From: the human T2T-CHM13v2.0 reference genome, Homo sapiens
Direction: 5' to 3' (one strand)
DNA length: 64,000 nucleotides
Assembly: GCF_009914755.1 (NCBI RefSeq)
Contig: NC_060943.1
The position numbers were made by a program, and so were the translations under genes. Every line of letters starts with the position of its first letter. The first letter of the stretch is position 1. Positions 1-24,552 of the stretch are shown one piece after another. Under the pieces are notes generated by a model that searched no databases, was not told the origin of the DNA, and saw nothing but the letters and a program-made list of their open reading frames with translations.

Positions 1-2140
<2,140 letters not shown>

Positions 2141-2414
2141 AAGAGAAATGAAACTGGAGCTTCTTCCGAAGTGGCTGATTCCAGATCTGGAGCAGGCAAT
2201 GAACAAGAGTAACCCAGAACATTTTGCGATACCCATTGGCAGGAAAGATAGTATAGTTATGTCAAGAGCACGTAGAAGTCAACGTGAAGAGCCTCGCGCT
2301 GGCCCAAAGTGGGGCAAGTTGAGCTTCAATGAGGAAAATAATTGCAACTGATTTAATCCCTTGAAATCTGTTTAAATTCAACAGCAACGTTTTAAAAAAA
2401 ATATTAATTAGTTG

Positions 2415-3495
<1,081 letters not shown>

Positions 3496-3499
3496 TGGG

Positions 3500-3900
3500 T
3501 GCATGGGGAGGGCATGGGGGAGGGGCATGGAGCTTCCGTGCCCTCCTGGGAGCGCCACCCTCCAGGTACTGCACATGTTCAGCTTCCAGAAGCTGCCCAC
3601 ACCCTGTCCTCTTGGGCCTTTTATGGAGACGTCACTGGATAGGTGTGATTAACAACCACGTAGAAATGTGATTGGACAAAAAGGGTCCGATCTAAACCCA
3701 GCGAGGCCTGTCTGTTCAGATTCTTCCTGGCTTCTCTATGTAGCATTCCTTCCCCCTCTGAAATGAGGGTCCTGTGATCCACAGTCAGGTTAGAGTTTCT
3801 GCCTTGTGCAGGTGAAAGAGGGGGCAGGAGGAGGTTAGAGAGAGAGGTTCTGTTTACTCTAAAAGGGCTATGCAAATTATGATCAAGGAACCATGGACAA
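3500..3900. mobile_element. MER21-like LTR fragment followed by (CA)n at ~3907-3955
   Basis: ggagcttccgtgccctc...gccaccctccagg...atgttcagct resembles recalled MER21. Confidence 0.5.
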
Positions 3901-4014
3901 AACCCAACACACACACAAACACACACACATACACACACACACACACACGCACACATGAAGTATATACACAAAGCAATATCACAGGTACAAATTCCCTTGA
4001 AAATTCACAAATAA

Positions 4015-6470
<2,456 letters not shown>

Positions 6471-7150
6471 TTTTTAAGTTAAAAAAAAAAAACCCCACAA
6501 AGGAGAATATGCTAATTACCCAGTCATTGTGTCCCTGCGAGGGTAAAATAAAGTATGAATCAGACTGGGTCTGACTCACTTCCATGTACCCAGCAGAAGG
6601 CCTCGCTCAGAGTACGAGCTGAATAAATAAACGGGAACTATTATTAGGGGTGTGTTTACACATTTTCCACGTAGCAGCTACTGTTTATTGAGGCCGTGTT
6701 TCTCAAAATGCTCCTGCATATAACACCTGAGATGCCCGTTATAAGTGCAGATTCCCAGACTCCACTTTGGTATTGCTGAGTCAGAATCTCTGAAGGGTGA
6801 GACCCAGATGTCTGCATTTTTTTCCCAAGCTCCCCCAGATGATCCTGGTGCAAACAAAAGTGTGATAACCCTTAGAATGGACTCATTCACAGTCAGAAGT
6901 AGAATTTATGACATTTAAACAAGTTTGTGATGGTCTCGTGGACTTATTAAAGTAAGCAGAAAACTATCCAAAATGTTAAGACCCAGGGCTGGCAGTGCTG
7001 TGGGTGACAAGTCAATAAACTATTAATAAAAATACAAGCTAACATCTGTTGAGTATTTAGTATGTTTCAGGCTCTGTGCTATGCGTGTGACAATCATCAG
7101 TGCACTTAATTCTCAGAGGTGCCTGGATTTACCTACCACCTTCCCTCTGA

Positions 7151-7399
<249 letters not shown>

Positions 7400-7525
7400 T
7401 AGGTGAGAGTGGAGGCCACAGGAGAAAGGTGACCTCCACATTCTGGTTGGTGAGAGGAAGGAGGCTGTGTTACAAACACGTGGTTTAGAAACATCCAAAA
7501 GACATCATCATAGTAATGACTGCTG

Positions 7526-8522
<997 letters not shown>

Positions 8523-8584
8523 TTAGGATGCTTTGGGCTGCAAGTAACTGCAGTCTCACTACGAGTATTATTTACGTAATAACG

Positions 8585-9420
8585 TGCCAGTTAGTTATAG
8601 CTGAATTACAAACTACTCTGAAACTTAGTGGCTTAAAACAACAACCATTTATTATTGCTTATGAGTCTTTGGCTAGTAAGTTCTGCTCATTTGGGCTTGG
8701 TGGGCTTCACTCATCATCCGCTCAGTTGAGGGTCAGCTAGATGGATTTGCTAATCTTGGCTGGGCTTTCATTTTTTTTTTCTTTTTTCTTTTCAAGAACA
8801 GCATGAGTGGTATTGGCTGGGCTTGCATAACTCTTAAGGCTTTGCCTAGGACAACTAAGCTAACTTGTCTCTGCTCTATGTGGCCTCTCATCCTCCAGGA
8901 GGCTAGCCCAGGATTGTTCATATGACAGAGTCAAGGTTCTAAGAGCAAGGGAAAGTGCTAAAGACTCCTTGAGGCCTGCACTTGGAACTGGTACTGTGTC
9001 ACTTCTGCCATATCCTATTAACCAAAGCAAGTCACTCAGCCCGCTCAGATTCAAAGGAATGGGGAAATAGATATGACTGTTTGATAGGAGCAACTGCAAA
9101 GTCATATTGCCAAGGGTATGGATACAGAAAGGGGTGAGAACTGGGACCATCTGTTGTATCAGTCTAGCACAAAGAGGAATGTCTTTTTTTCAAGTGATAA
9201 GAAGTCTAGAGCTAGGCAGCCAAAAGATGGTAGGGCTCTGGATCAACATCTGTGTTGTTTTTTAGTCTTTTCCTCATGGTCATAAAATGGCTGCAATTGC
9301 ACCAAGAACCATACCCACAGACATCCATGTTCAGAGACAGGAAGCAGCAGTAGTATGGGGCTGAAAGAGTTTCCATCTCCAGTTGCTGGAATGACCAAGA
9401 ATGCCCCCATAACATTCCTA
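8585..9420. mobile_element. MLT1-family LTR fragments
   Basis: aaacttagtggcttaaaacaacaaccatttatt and cctcatggtcataaaatggctgc motifs. Confidence 0.6.
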
Positions 9421-9836
9421 GTTGAGAACTGCTGTGCTAATAAAATGAACAGAATATTTATTACTAAGCCTAATACCTTTCACTCTTCCAATACAATAGA
9501 TTTTCCTATTGCTCAGTACTATTCAGCAACAATAATTACAACAATACTAATAGTTCCTATTTATTGAGGATTTACTATATATCAGGTGTTGGACTACTTG
9601 TATATACCTGTATGATACCACATAATCCCTGTGAGAGAAAGACCATTGTTATCCTATTTTGCATGTAGAAAAACTGAGGCTGAGATGGGCTATAAATGTA
9701 GGATACTTGACTTGCTATTCATCATCTGCACATTATCTCATGGGGAGGAATGTTATTATATTATACATCAAATTTATATAAGGTTCCCTTTTGTATTCAT
9801 TCATTCAACAAACAAATATTAAGAGTGTACTGTTGG

Positions 9837-11820
<1,984 letters not shown>

Positions 11821-12539
11821 AGTCTCTCTCCTTCATCCTTTTCCACTGCTTAGTGCCTTCCCACTCGCCCCCAGCCCTGTGCCTTCCTCTCAGCACATCT
11901 GGGGCTGTTGTATCCAGGGTGGCTGTCAAGCAATCCCGATTGCTAGAGGTCCCATCACATGGACTTCACCCCAGATGTGATGGTCCATGCAGGAGAGGAC
12001 AGGTGTAAGGGCAGAAAGAGTGTTCCCTCCCGCTCTGAAGATTCAAGTCTGCTGAAATAAACTGACAATAAATAGATTAACAAAATAAAAGGCTACAAAT
12101 ATATTAATGTGCATGAACACAGGAGCCATGCAAAATATAAGACTTTTTATACAGGGTCAGATGGTTGAGGCTTAAGTATCCTCTTTATAGGGGAGAGAGA
12201 CAAAAAGGATGTATTCAATTGTGAGAGATAGTAAATGATTTTCAGGGGAAAATGAATGGGCCCAAAGAGTAAACTGTAGTTTGTAAATGATCCTCTTTGG
12301 AAACTGAATAGGACCAAACATATACTTATTATAACTCACAACATCATAGGAAACAGGTATGTGAGGTGTCCTAGTAGAAGCCAAGGACATGGATGCCGAG
12401 GAGAAGGCAGCCTGCATGTCAGTGTTTGGCCTCAGTAAACTGTGGGAACCACTTAGGGGTTAGGAAAGAGGGAAGAAGCCAATCCAAGAACAAGGTGACA
12501 GCCACTGCATGAGTCTATGGGGACAAAATCCTAGGTTGA

Positions 12540-12704
<165 letters not shown>

Positions 12705-12763
12705 TAGGGAGCAGTGGAGAGTGTGACCACTGGCTGAGAAATTGCACAGGCTGTCTCCAGAGG

Positions 12764-14031
12764 CAATGAGCTCCCATCACAAGAAGCAATGTGCAGGTGC
12801 TGGACTGGAACTGAATGCAGATACCATCTTGGCACTTGGCACATCAGCAGAGGGTTGGAATCAGTGAGTTTGCAATTCATAAATGCTGGCATCTAGAAAG
12901 GGCCCTGTAGGGAGCTGAGGAAGCCAGGGCAAGGGAAGAAGTTAAACCCTACCCAGAAGCTAGACCAGGACTAGCTTCTATGTACCAGGCACTGTGCTAA
13001 AGACATAACATTTACTGTGTTTAATTCTTATCAGAATGGTAGAAGGAAGGTGCTATTATTTACCCTCTTATTTATGTGAGGAAACTGAGGTACAGAAAGG
13101 TGAAGTAACTTGCTCAAAATTATTTAGCTGGTAAGAGGTGGGGTCAGTATTCAAACCTCAGCACTCTAGCCCCAGAGTGTGTGTTCTTGATTACTTACTG
13201 AGCAGTTACTGTGTCATAAGCAACTGCTTTTTAAAAAATACATATTTGCATTTCCTCACTAGTCCCATTTCACAGATGAAGAAACTGAAACTTTAAGAGG
13301 ATATATTTTGCATCAGAGTCACAGAGATAGAGCCTGGATCAGATCCCAGGTCTGTCTGGACAGAGTCCCTCTGCCCTTAAAAGCTCAGCTGTGCTTTATT
13401 CGCCATTCATTCCACAAACAATTATTGAGCACCTGCTATGTGCCAGACACTGTGGTAGGCATTAGGGATATGGATGTGAACGAAACAGAGGAAGTCCCTG
13501 CCCTCATGGAGCTCACATTTTCTGCATAGGATGAGACGTAATAAACCTGTAAACAAGCAGATAATTACAGATTGTGACAAGGGCTATGAAGAAAAAAAGT
13601 GAAGAGAGAGGAAGACACAGAGGATTGGGGAATCCTCTTCAGGTTGGGAGATCAGGAAGAACTCTTTGAGAAGGTGACATTTAAATTGATACCTGAAGGG
13701 TGAAAAAGAGCCAGTCAGAGGGAACAGCAAGTATAAAGGCCTTGAAGAATAGAAATACGTTTGGTGAGTTCAGAACAAAAAGCAGATTAGTATGGTCTAG
13801 ATAAACATCTGTTGTTATTTTAGTCCTGGTCTAGCTTCTTGGTAGAGTTTAACTTCTTCCCTCACTTTGGCTGCCTCAGCTCCCTACAAGGGCCCTTCCT
13901 AGATGCCAGAATTTATAAATTGCGAAGTCATTGATTCCAACCCTCTGCTGATGTGCCAAGTGCCAGGATGGTATCTGCACTCACTTCCAGTCCAGCACCT
14001 GCACGTTGCTTCTTGTGATGGGAGCTCATTG
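12764..14031. repeat. Inverted repeat, arms 12764-12973 and 13821-14031
   Basis: Hand alignment gives about 18 differences over 210 bp. Confidence 0.92.
12985..13800. mobile_element. MIR and L2 remnants forming the loop of the inverted repeat
   Basis: gaggaaactgagg MIR cores; cattcattccacaaacaattattgagcacctgctatgtgccag L2 end. Confidence 0.7.
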
Positions 14032-14509
14032 ACTCCAGAAAATGTGGGATAGGAAGGCTGAACGATAAGAAATGAGGTCAGATCATGTATGTTCCCTCCC
14101 TGAAGAGAGAGGTGGTAGGGTCTGGGGAGGATCTCAGTGAAGTTGGTCTGGACAGTGGGTTTATGGGAAGAGAGAACTGGACAAGAAAAAGACCCTGTGG
14201 GGCCTGGAATGCCAGGCTGAGGGGCTGGAACCTTGTCCCAGGGGTACTGGGGAGCCATGAAAGGATTGTGAGCAGGAGGGTCTGGGTCAGCTCTGGGTAT
14301 AGGAAGACCTTTCTGAGGCCATGTAGGAGACAACCTGGAGGGGAGAGACTGGAGGTCAGGGTAGAGGCTGGCATGAGGGATTTAGGAGAAAAGAACAAGG
14401 CCTAAACAGAGAGCAGAGGATGGGGCAGAGAGAGTCAGGGGGCAGTAGGGATGGGGCAGTAGTGGGCTGTTGGAGAGGGAGGGAGTGATGACGGTACCTG
14501 GAGATATAA

Positions 14510-14749
<240 letters not shown>

Positions 14750-15025
14750 TAACTCCATAAACCCCAGGGACGCGAGGCCGTGCCAGGGGCAACAACAGGG
14801 GGAAATGGGATCCACGGGGGTGTGGGGCTGTGGGAGCAGCGGCTGTGTTGCGGGAGAGCCAAATCCAGGTAACTTCTTTCTTCCCACACCCATTTCTCCC
14901 TGTCATCTCTGTGCCCTCCTTTCCCACCGTGCACCACCACCTTTCTCTCCTTTCCTCCTCTCTGTGTGTCCTTCATCTCTCTCTGCCCCCCATTGCTTCT
15001 GCCCGTCTCCCTCCATTTCTCTTGA

Positions 15026-15319
<294 letters not shown>

Positions 15320-16047
15320 CCCTACCCTGTCCCCAGATGCACTAACAGATGGGGCCCAGCCCCCTTCCTCCCTGGACCCCACGGGCCCCTGTCCCAGGAA
15401 CCCCGCCCTCTGACTTCTTGCCCTTTGGAAATGGTGCAGCCCTCTGGCATTTATCACCCCCACCTGGGTCCCCTGCAACCTCCCATCAAAGGATGACCCC
15501 TAAACACAGAGGAGCGGGGCAGGCAGGGAGGCAAGGACTGGAGCTACCTTGCTTGTTGGGGGACTGGGTACAGTTGGCAAGCTGTGTTTCCATCAGCTCC
15601 CTGTCCTCCTTTCTTCCCTCGTTATTGATCTATAGACATTAGGAAGGGAGTGAGACGGCTCCTCCACCATCCTCAGCCAGTGCAACCCATTCCCTCTGCT
15701 TCTCTCTCTCTCTCTCTCTCTCCCTCCCTCTCCTTCCCTACCCTCTCACCATCTTTCTTGGCCTCTCTGAGGGTCTCTCTGTGCATCTTTTTAGGAATCT
15801 CGCTCTCACTCTCTACGTAGCCACTCTCCTTCCCCCATTTCTGCGTCCACCCCTGAACTCCTGAGCGACAGAAGCCCCAGGCCTCCACCAGCCTTGAACC
15901 CTTGCAAAGGGGCAGGACAAGGGGACCCCTCTCACTCCTGCTGCTGCCCATGCTCTGCCCTCCCTTCTGGTTGCTCTGAGGGTTCGGAGCTTCCCTCTGG
16001 GACTAAAGGAGTGTCCTTTACCCTCCCAGCCTCCAGGCTCTGGCAGA

Positions 16048-16053
16048 AATAAA
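16048..16053 (+). terminator. MYH14 polyadenylation signal
   Basis: AATAAA ~730 nt after the stop, followed ~25 nt later by a GT-rich element (tctctgtggctgtgtgtgtt). Confidence 0.85.
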
Positions 16054-16392
16054 CTCCAACCCGACTGGACCATCTCTGTGGCTGTGTGTGTTCCTGCAGG
16101 GGGTCTCTGATGGGGCAGGATGGGCACAGGCTGCTTCAGCCTGCTAGGGCAGCAGGTCAGGCAGCCTGCTGGTTAGAATGACACCTGCGTGGGTATACAG
16201 GGACATCCTGTGGATCAGGCGCTTCATAACTCCTTTCCTCCTGACTCCAGTGTATAATGGAAATATTCCCTGCATTATACAGATGAGGGAACAGTCTCAG
16301 AGCAGCAGCATCCCTCACTCCACGCCCCCAGTGAGTGCTAGAAGGGGTGTTGCACTCGGGCCAACTCTTAAGTGTTTGCAAAATAAATGACA

Positions 16393-17380
<988 letters not shown>

Positions 17381-17487
17381 AATAGGGCCCCACTCTAGAA
17401 GTCCCAATCCCTCTGTGCGCCCCAGCCGCAATCAGGAGACTTTCCGAACAGGCACACAGGAGGCCATTTTTAAATGAAAAGGAAACG

Positions 17488-17493
17488 TTTATT
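17488..17493 (-). terminator. KCNC3 polyadenylation signal
   Basis: tttatt on + = AATAAA on -, at the end of the long unique GC-rich terminal exon and just before repeat-rich intergenic DNA. Confidence 0.8.
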
Positions 17494-17831
17494 TTGGTGG
17501 GGAGTGAGGGTGGGTGGGAAGGGGGCATGACACTTTTTCTTTGGGGAGAGGGGGGTGACATGCGGCAGCTTCTGCATTGGGCGGTTCATGCACCCAGGGT
17601 GGGCGTGGGGGAGGCTTGGGGAAGGGGCCACGCCGACCCCTCCCTCCCTGCCCTGCGGGTGGGCTGAGAAGACCCGCCATTAGCACCAGAGTTGGACGAT
17701 TTGCAGACCTCCCCTCCCCACACTGTCTCCGAACCCCGCCCCCATCCCTGAGAGCGCCCCCTCACCACTCCCCCCACCAGCGACAGGCTAGGCCCGCCCC
17801 GCCCACATTTGAGTGAGAGAAACTTATTGCT

Positions 17832-17857
17832 CTGTGTGTGTGTGTGTGTGTGTGTGT
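17832..17857. repeat. (TG)n microsatellite in the KCNC3 3' UTR
   Basis: About 12 TG units. Confidence 0.95.
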
Positions 17858-20387
17858 TGGGGAGGGTGAGCCGCGGAGCTCAGGAAGACCCCCCGCCATT
17901 CATTCCTCCCCAATCGCCCCGCCCCCTGGCCCGTGTCCGTGCGTTCCCGGAGCGCAGGAGGGGTGCGACATGCGTGTGGGGGGCGCGTCATGCAGCGCAT
18001 GCGTGTAGGTGCAGGCACCCTGGCGGCCGGGGGGAAAAGGGGGAGCCGGACTTGGAAAGAGTCCCTTTAGCTCGCTCTCTCCCTCCCCGAATCCCACACT
18101 ATTGACTTGGGGGATGGGGTGGGAGGGGAGGAGAATCACGTTTTGTAGAAGTTTATCATGATTGTGGTTATTTTGAAAAGCTGAACTCAAAAGCTGGGTA
18201 CGTGTGGCGGACTGGCGAGCAGGGGGAGACGTTGGGAAGAGGTCAGTACCCTTTGGAAAAGACCCTCACCCCCTTTCCCCGCCTCCTTCGGCTTTCGTGA
18301 AGGTCAGGGGAAACGGGGGGGCTTGTTAAAGAAGTTGAACCCTTTGGCAATATAATCAGTCCCCACCCCGTACCCTGGTGTCTGGAGCCCCTAGCCCTTT
18401 GCCCCGCCCCCACCAAAACCCGCCCCACCCCTCACCCCTGCTTCACCAGGGTTTAGGGTCCGAGGGAAGGATGGGGGGGACTCAAAATGCCCCTTGCATA
18501 GGAATCGTTGCATCGAGAATCGTGCTCAGTGACGCCCCCCATCCACCCTCGGGTGGGGGGTTCCTGAGGCCGTGGGAGCAGAGGGAGGGAGGTGGCTAAT
18601 TCCGTGGGACCCCGGCTCCAAAAGGGGGGTCCGCTAAAGAGTCTGGGACCGGTGTGGTCTCTGGGCTTGGGGGAGGTAGCGCATCCTTGAGCCAGGATAG
18701 GAGGTGGGAAATGATTTTCCACCCGCGAGCGTGACGCGGTGAGGACCGCTGGGGAAGGGGGGCTGGGATCCCAGCCGAGCTGGGTGTTGTCGGTTCCCAA
18801 TCTTCTGATACTCCAGTGTTCCTCCCTTCGGGAACAGCCTCTGTGATCATCTGTGGACTACTTTAAATGGAAACACTCTTAACCTAAATAAACCGTGTCC
18901 TAGCCAAGCAGCGATGCCTGCACTTATCGGCTTCTGTACAAAATGCGTATTAGAGACAAAACTTTTAAAACAAGTGTTTGTCCTCATACTGCCTCAAACC
19001 TTAGCACACCACCAAAGGTACAAATACAACCCTCTGGGAAACACTGGTGTCTGTGAAGAGGGTACCTTTGGGGCACCATCTCAGGGAAGGGACTCAGGGT
19101 TAGGCGTAAGACAAAGAGGGTGCTTGGGGAGGGTCTGGTTCCCTGGAATTGCAGACAGGTTGCGCCTATCTTGGAAGTTCTAGCATCAAGGGAACCTGGG
19201 CTGGACAAGTCTGTTAGGGCTTTGGGGATATGGGTGCGGAACAGGCCTGAGGCTTTGGGGGTGTCCAAGAAATGTCAGTTGTGGGAAGGATTTGGAGCAT
19301 CCCAAAGGCTGAATTTGAGCTGAAAAGAGCTGGGTCAAGTCTTGGAGGTTTGAGAAGTGCTGGGACGCAGTTCAGGGAATTTGGTGGGGGTGTTTGGGGT
19401 GGCAGGAGTGGGGAGGGAGGGTGGTTCAGGGAGCCTCTGTGTGCAGAGGTTAAGTCGCAGGAGTGTGTGGGGATTGGGAGATGTGGCGTGCCAGGGTCAG
19501 TCTCAGAATTCTGGGTGCAGGTCTCATGTCCTGGGAATGGAGGGAGATAGTCGGGGAATTTCGTGTGCTAGGGCCAGATCATCCCAGGAATTCTGGGATA
19601 GGAGGTCTGAGTCCATGCAGCAAGAATAGAGGCGAGCAGGTCCCTGGGGGAAGGGGCGGATGAGAGGGTGAAATTCACCAGAGGAATTCTCCTAAAGGCT
19701 GAGGGAGCAGGTCCAAAGCCCGCCCCGCCCTCCCACCACCTGAGCTCAACTCGGCCCCGCCCTCCCGCCACCTGAGCTCAACTCCGATCTGGGGCTTGGG
19801 TAACTGTTCCTCCTTCCCCTACACTGTTTCTAGTTTCTGGTTTGTTTTCTCCTAATCAACGCACAGGGTTGGTTGTCCTCCTGGGGTGAAGGATGGGAAG
19901 GCTGGAGACCTTAAAGGCCAGCCCGACCCCCGGGAGGTGCCACCCCCTTCCCAGAGTGCCTGCCCCTCAAACCCGCGCATGCGGCCCCTGGCGGCTTATT
20001 GCTGAGGTGGACTTGGAGTGGGGGCTCCAGGTTAGGGAAGGCATGCAGTGTGTGGGGGGAGGTGCCCCAAGATGTAACTGGCATAATTTGGACTTATTTA
20101 CACAAGTTGATGGCAGGGGGATGTCCTATGGCTCGTGGAGACCTGAGAAGGCTTTTTTTGGGGAGGGAAGAGTTGGGGGGACGGGCTGTGGCCCCTCTCT
20201 CCATCCTGGGGGCCCAGGTTGGGGGTGAGGGGCCCGGGGGTGTCTGCTGGCATCGTCATCTCGGTTGCATATTATTAATGACTTTTTGATTTTTTTTAAA
20301 AAAACCCTTTTCCCCACCCCCCACCCCCAGCTCCTTTGACCTTCTTCCCGGTCACCCCCGAGTCCCCCCACAGGGGGGAGGGGAGCG

Positions 20388-20524
20388 CTAAAGGATGGAG
20401 GGCAGGGTCGGGGGAGCGCGGCGGGCGGCCCGGGGAGAGCCAGGGGGGGTGGCAAGGGGCGCGAGGCGCAGGGACACCCCGCTCAGGCCCGCGATGCTGC
20501 TGAGGCTGCGGGATTTCTCGTAAC
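20388..20524 (-). CDS. KCNC3: KCNC3 alternative C-terminal coding segment (GYEKSRSL...PTLPSIL*)
   Basis: ccccccag|GTTACG acceptor in phase with the exon 3 donor (G+GT = Gly). The peptide resembles the Kv3.2b C-terminus ([14 protein letters not shown]...PSIL, from recall). Would give 768 aa. Confidence 0.8.
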
Positions 20525-21609
20525 CTGGGGGGTGGGGAGGTGTGCAGACACAGGGGGGAAGCACGAAGATGGGGTGCAGGGAAGGGTCAGACAGAGAGAC
20601 CCAAGGCAGGGAGAAAGAGACAGAGAGAGAAAGAAATGGAAGGGGAGGACAACAGATACCCAGAGAGACAGAGAAGGCAAGACAGACAGAGTCAGGCAGA
20701 CAGAGACACAAAAGGACGGATGACAAGAGACAGATGGACAGAGATGGACCAAGGAGATGGAGAGAGAAAGTGAACAAATCGGGGAGTCAGTCAACATCGA
20801 TGAGAAAGGGGGAGACATCGGGGAGGGGGGAGAGACTCCGGATTAGGAGGCAGGTTGGTGCCCACCGAGCCTCCCCCGCCCCATTCCCACCACAGTCCAC
20901 CGCCCTTCCCCCCCTCCACTGGTCCCCTCACCTGAGGCAAAAGGTGGGGGGCAGCAAGGCGGGATGGTGGGCGGCAGGGGCGTGGGGAGGGGCTGGGTGG
21001 AATGCATGTGGGAGCAGCCAGCGGAGAGGGCAGGGAACGGTGCGGCCGCCGTGGCGGGGCTGGGGGCTGACCTAGTTGTAGGGAAAGAGAGCAGGCAGGG
21101 GGTGGGGTCTGCAAGGGGGCTGAGTGGAGCGAAGCTGGCAGTGCCCTTGGGGAATCAGATGAGAACTCCAGGAGCAGTGGGGGGGGGGTGGGGGGGGAGG
21201 GAGGCTCCTCCAGAAGATTCTAAGGACGGGGTCGGGGGTGGGGGGCGGTGAGGCGGAGGGCTGGGGAGAGGGACATCTTTAAAGGGTCCAAGAAGGCTCT
21301 GAGCTTCTGACGGGTGCGGGAAGGCTCTCACAGGCATCTCACAGCTAATGGGACTCAAGATCCAGCAACAGTGTGTGTGGTTTCTGCAAAGCCTGGGGCT
21401 GCCTGCAGGGTTCTGCACCCCCGCAGGGAGCTCTGTGGCTTTTCCAGGCAACGCTAAGGGAGCTGTCTGGACAAAAGGTGTCTTGATCGTAGGAGGGAGG
21501 GCTTGGGGGGAGATTTGAAGCCCAGTGTCTTGGGGACACCCCCTCCCAGCCATTCCCAATTGCTAACCTGGGGGGAAGGGGCGGGGGGGACCGAAAGTCT
21601 CGCGAGGTC

Positions 21610-21626
21610 TCAGGCGGTGACAAGAG
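21610..21626 (-). CDS. KCNC3: KCNC3 terminal-exon acceptor; encodes ALVTA* when joined to exon 3 and is UTR when joined to exon 4
   Basis: atttctgtccccag|CTCTTGTCACCGCCTGA. Phase-1 join to exon 3 gives 728 aa. Confidence 0.65.
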
Positions 21627-21994
21627 CTGGGGACAGAAATACACAGAGTCACGGGGGTGGGGAGAGGATGGTCAGGGGAAACCCCCCAACACAGCCTCAC
21701 TGTTGGGGGGATGGAGAAACGCCGCCGGGATCATTTCCTCCTCTCTGGTGTTTTCCGCGGGAGGGGAGCAGTGAAATGGGGGGCGGCTGAGACATCAAAT
21801 ATGGAAGGAGCTTCCGGGCTGGCTGGGGAGGGGGAGGGGAGGAGGAAGGATGGGAGGAGGGAGAGTTCTGGGGAGGAGTGGGAGCCAGTGATCAGGTGAG
21901 GGCAGATGTAGGAGGGAGGAGCAGGGGTGGAGGACAAGCCTGGAGGAAAGGAGGGTCTTGGGAGGACCATAGGGGACAATTAGGGAGGGAAGAA

Positions 21995-24552
<2,558 letters not shown>

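Larger units (their letters stand above)
17470..21609 (-). other. KCNC3: KCNC3 long 3' UTR / terminal exon region
   Basis: About 4.1 kb with no recognisable Alu between the acceptor at 21626 and the AATAAA. C-rich on the mRNA strand. Confidence 0.7.
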
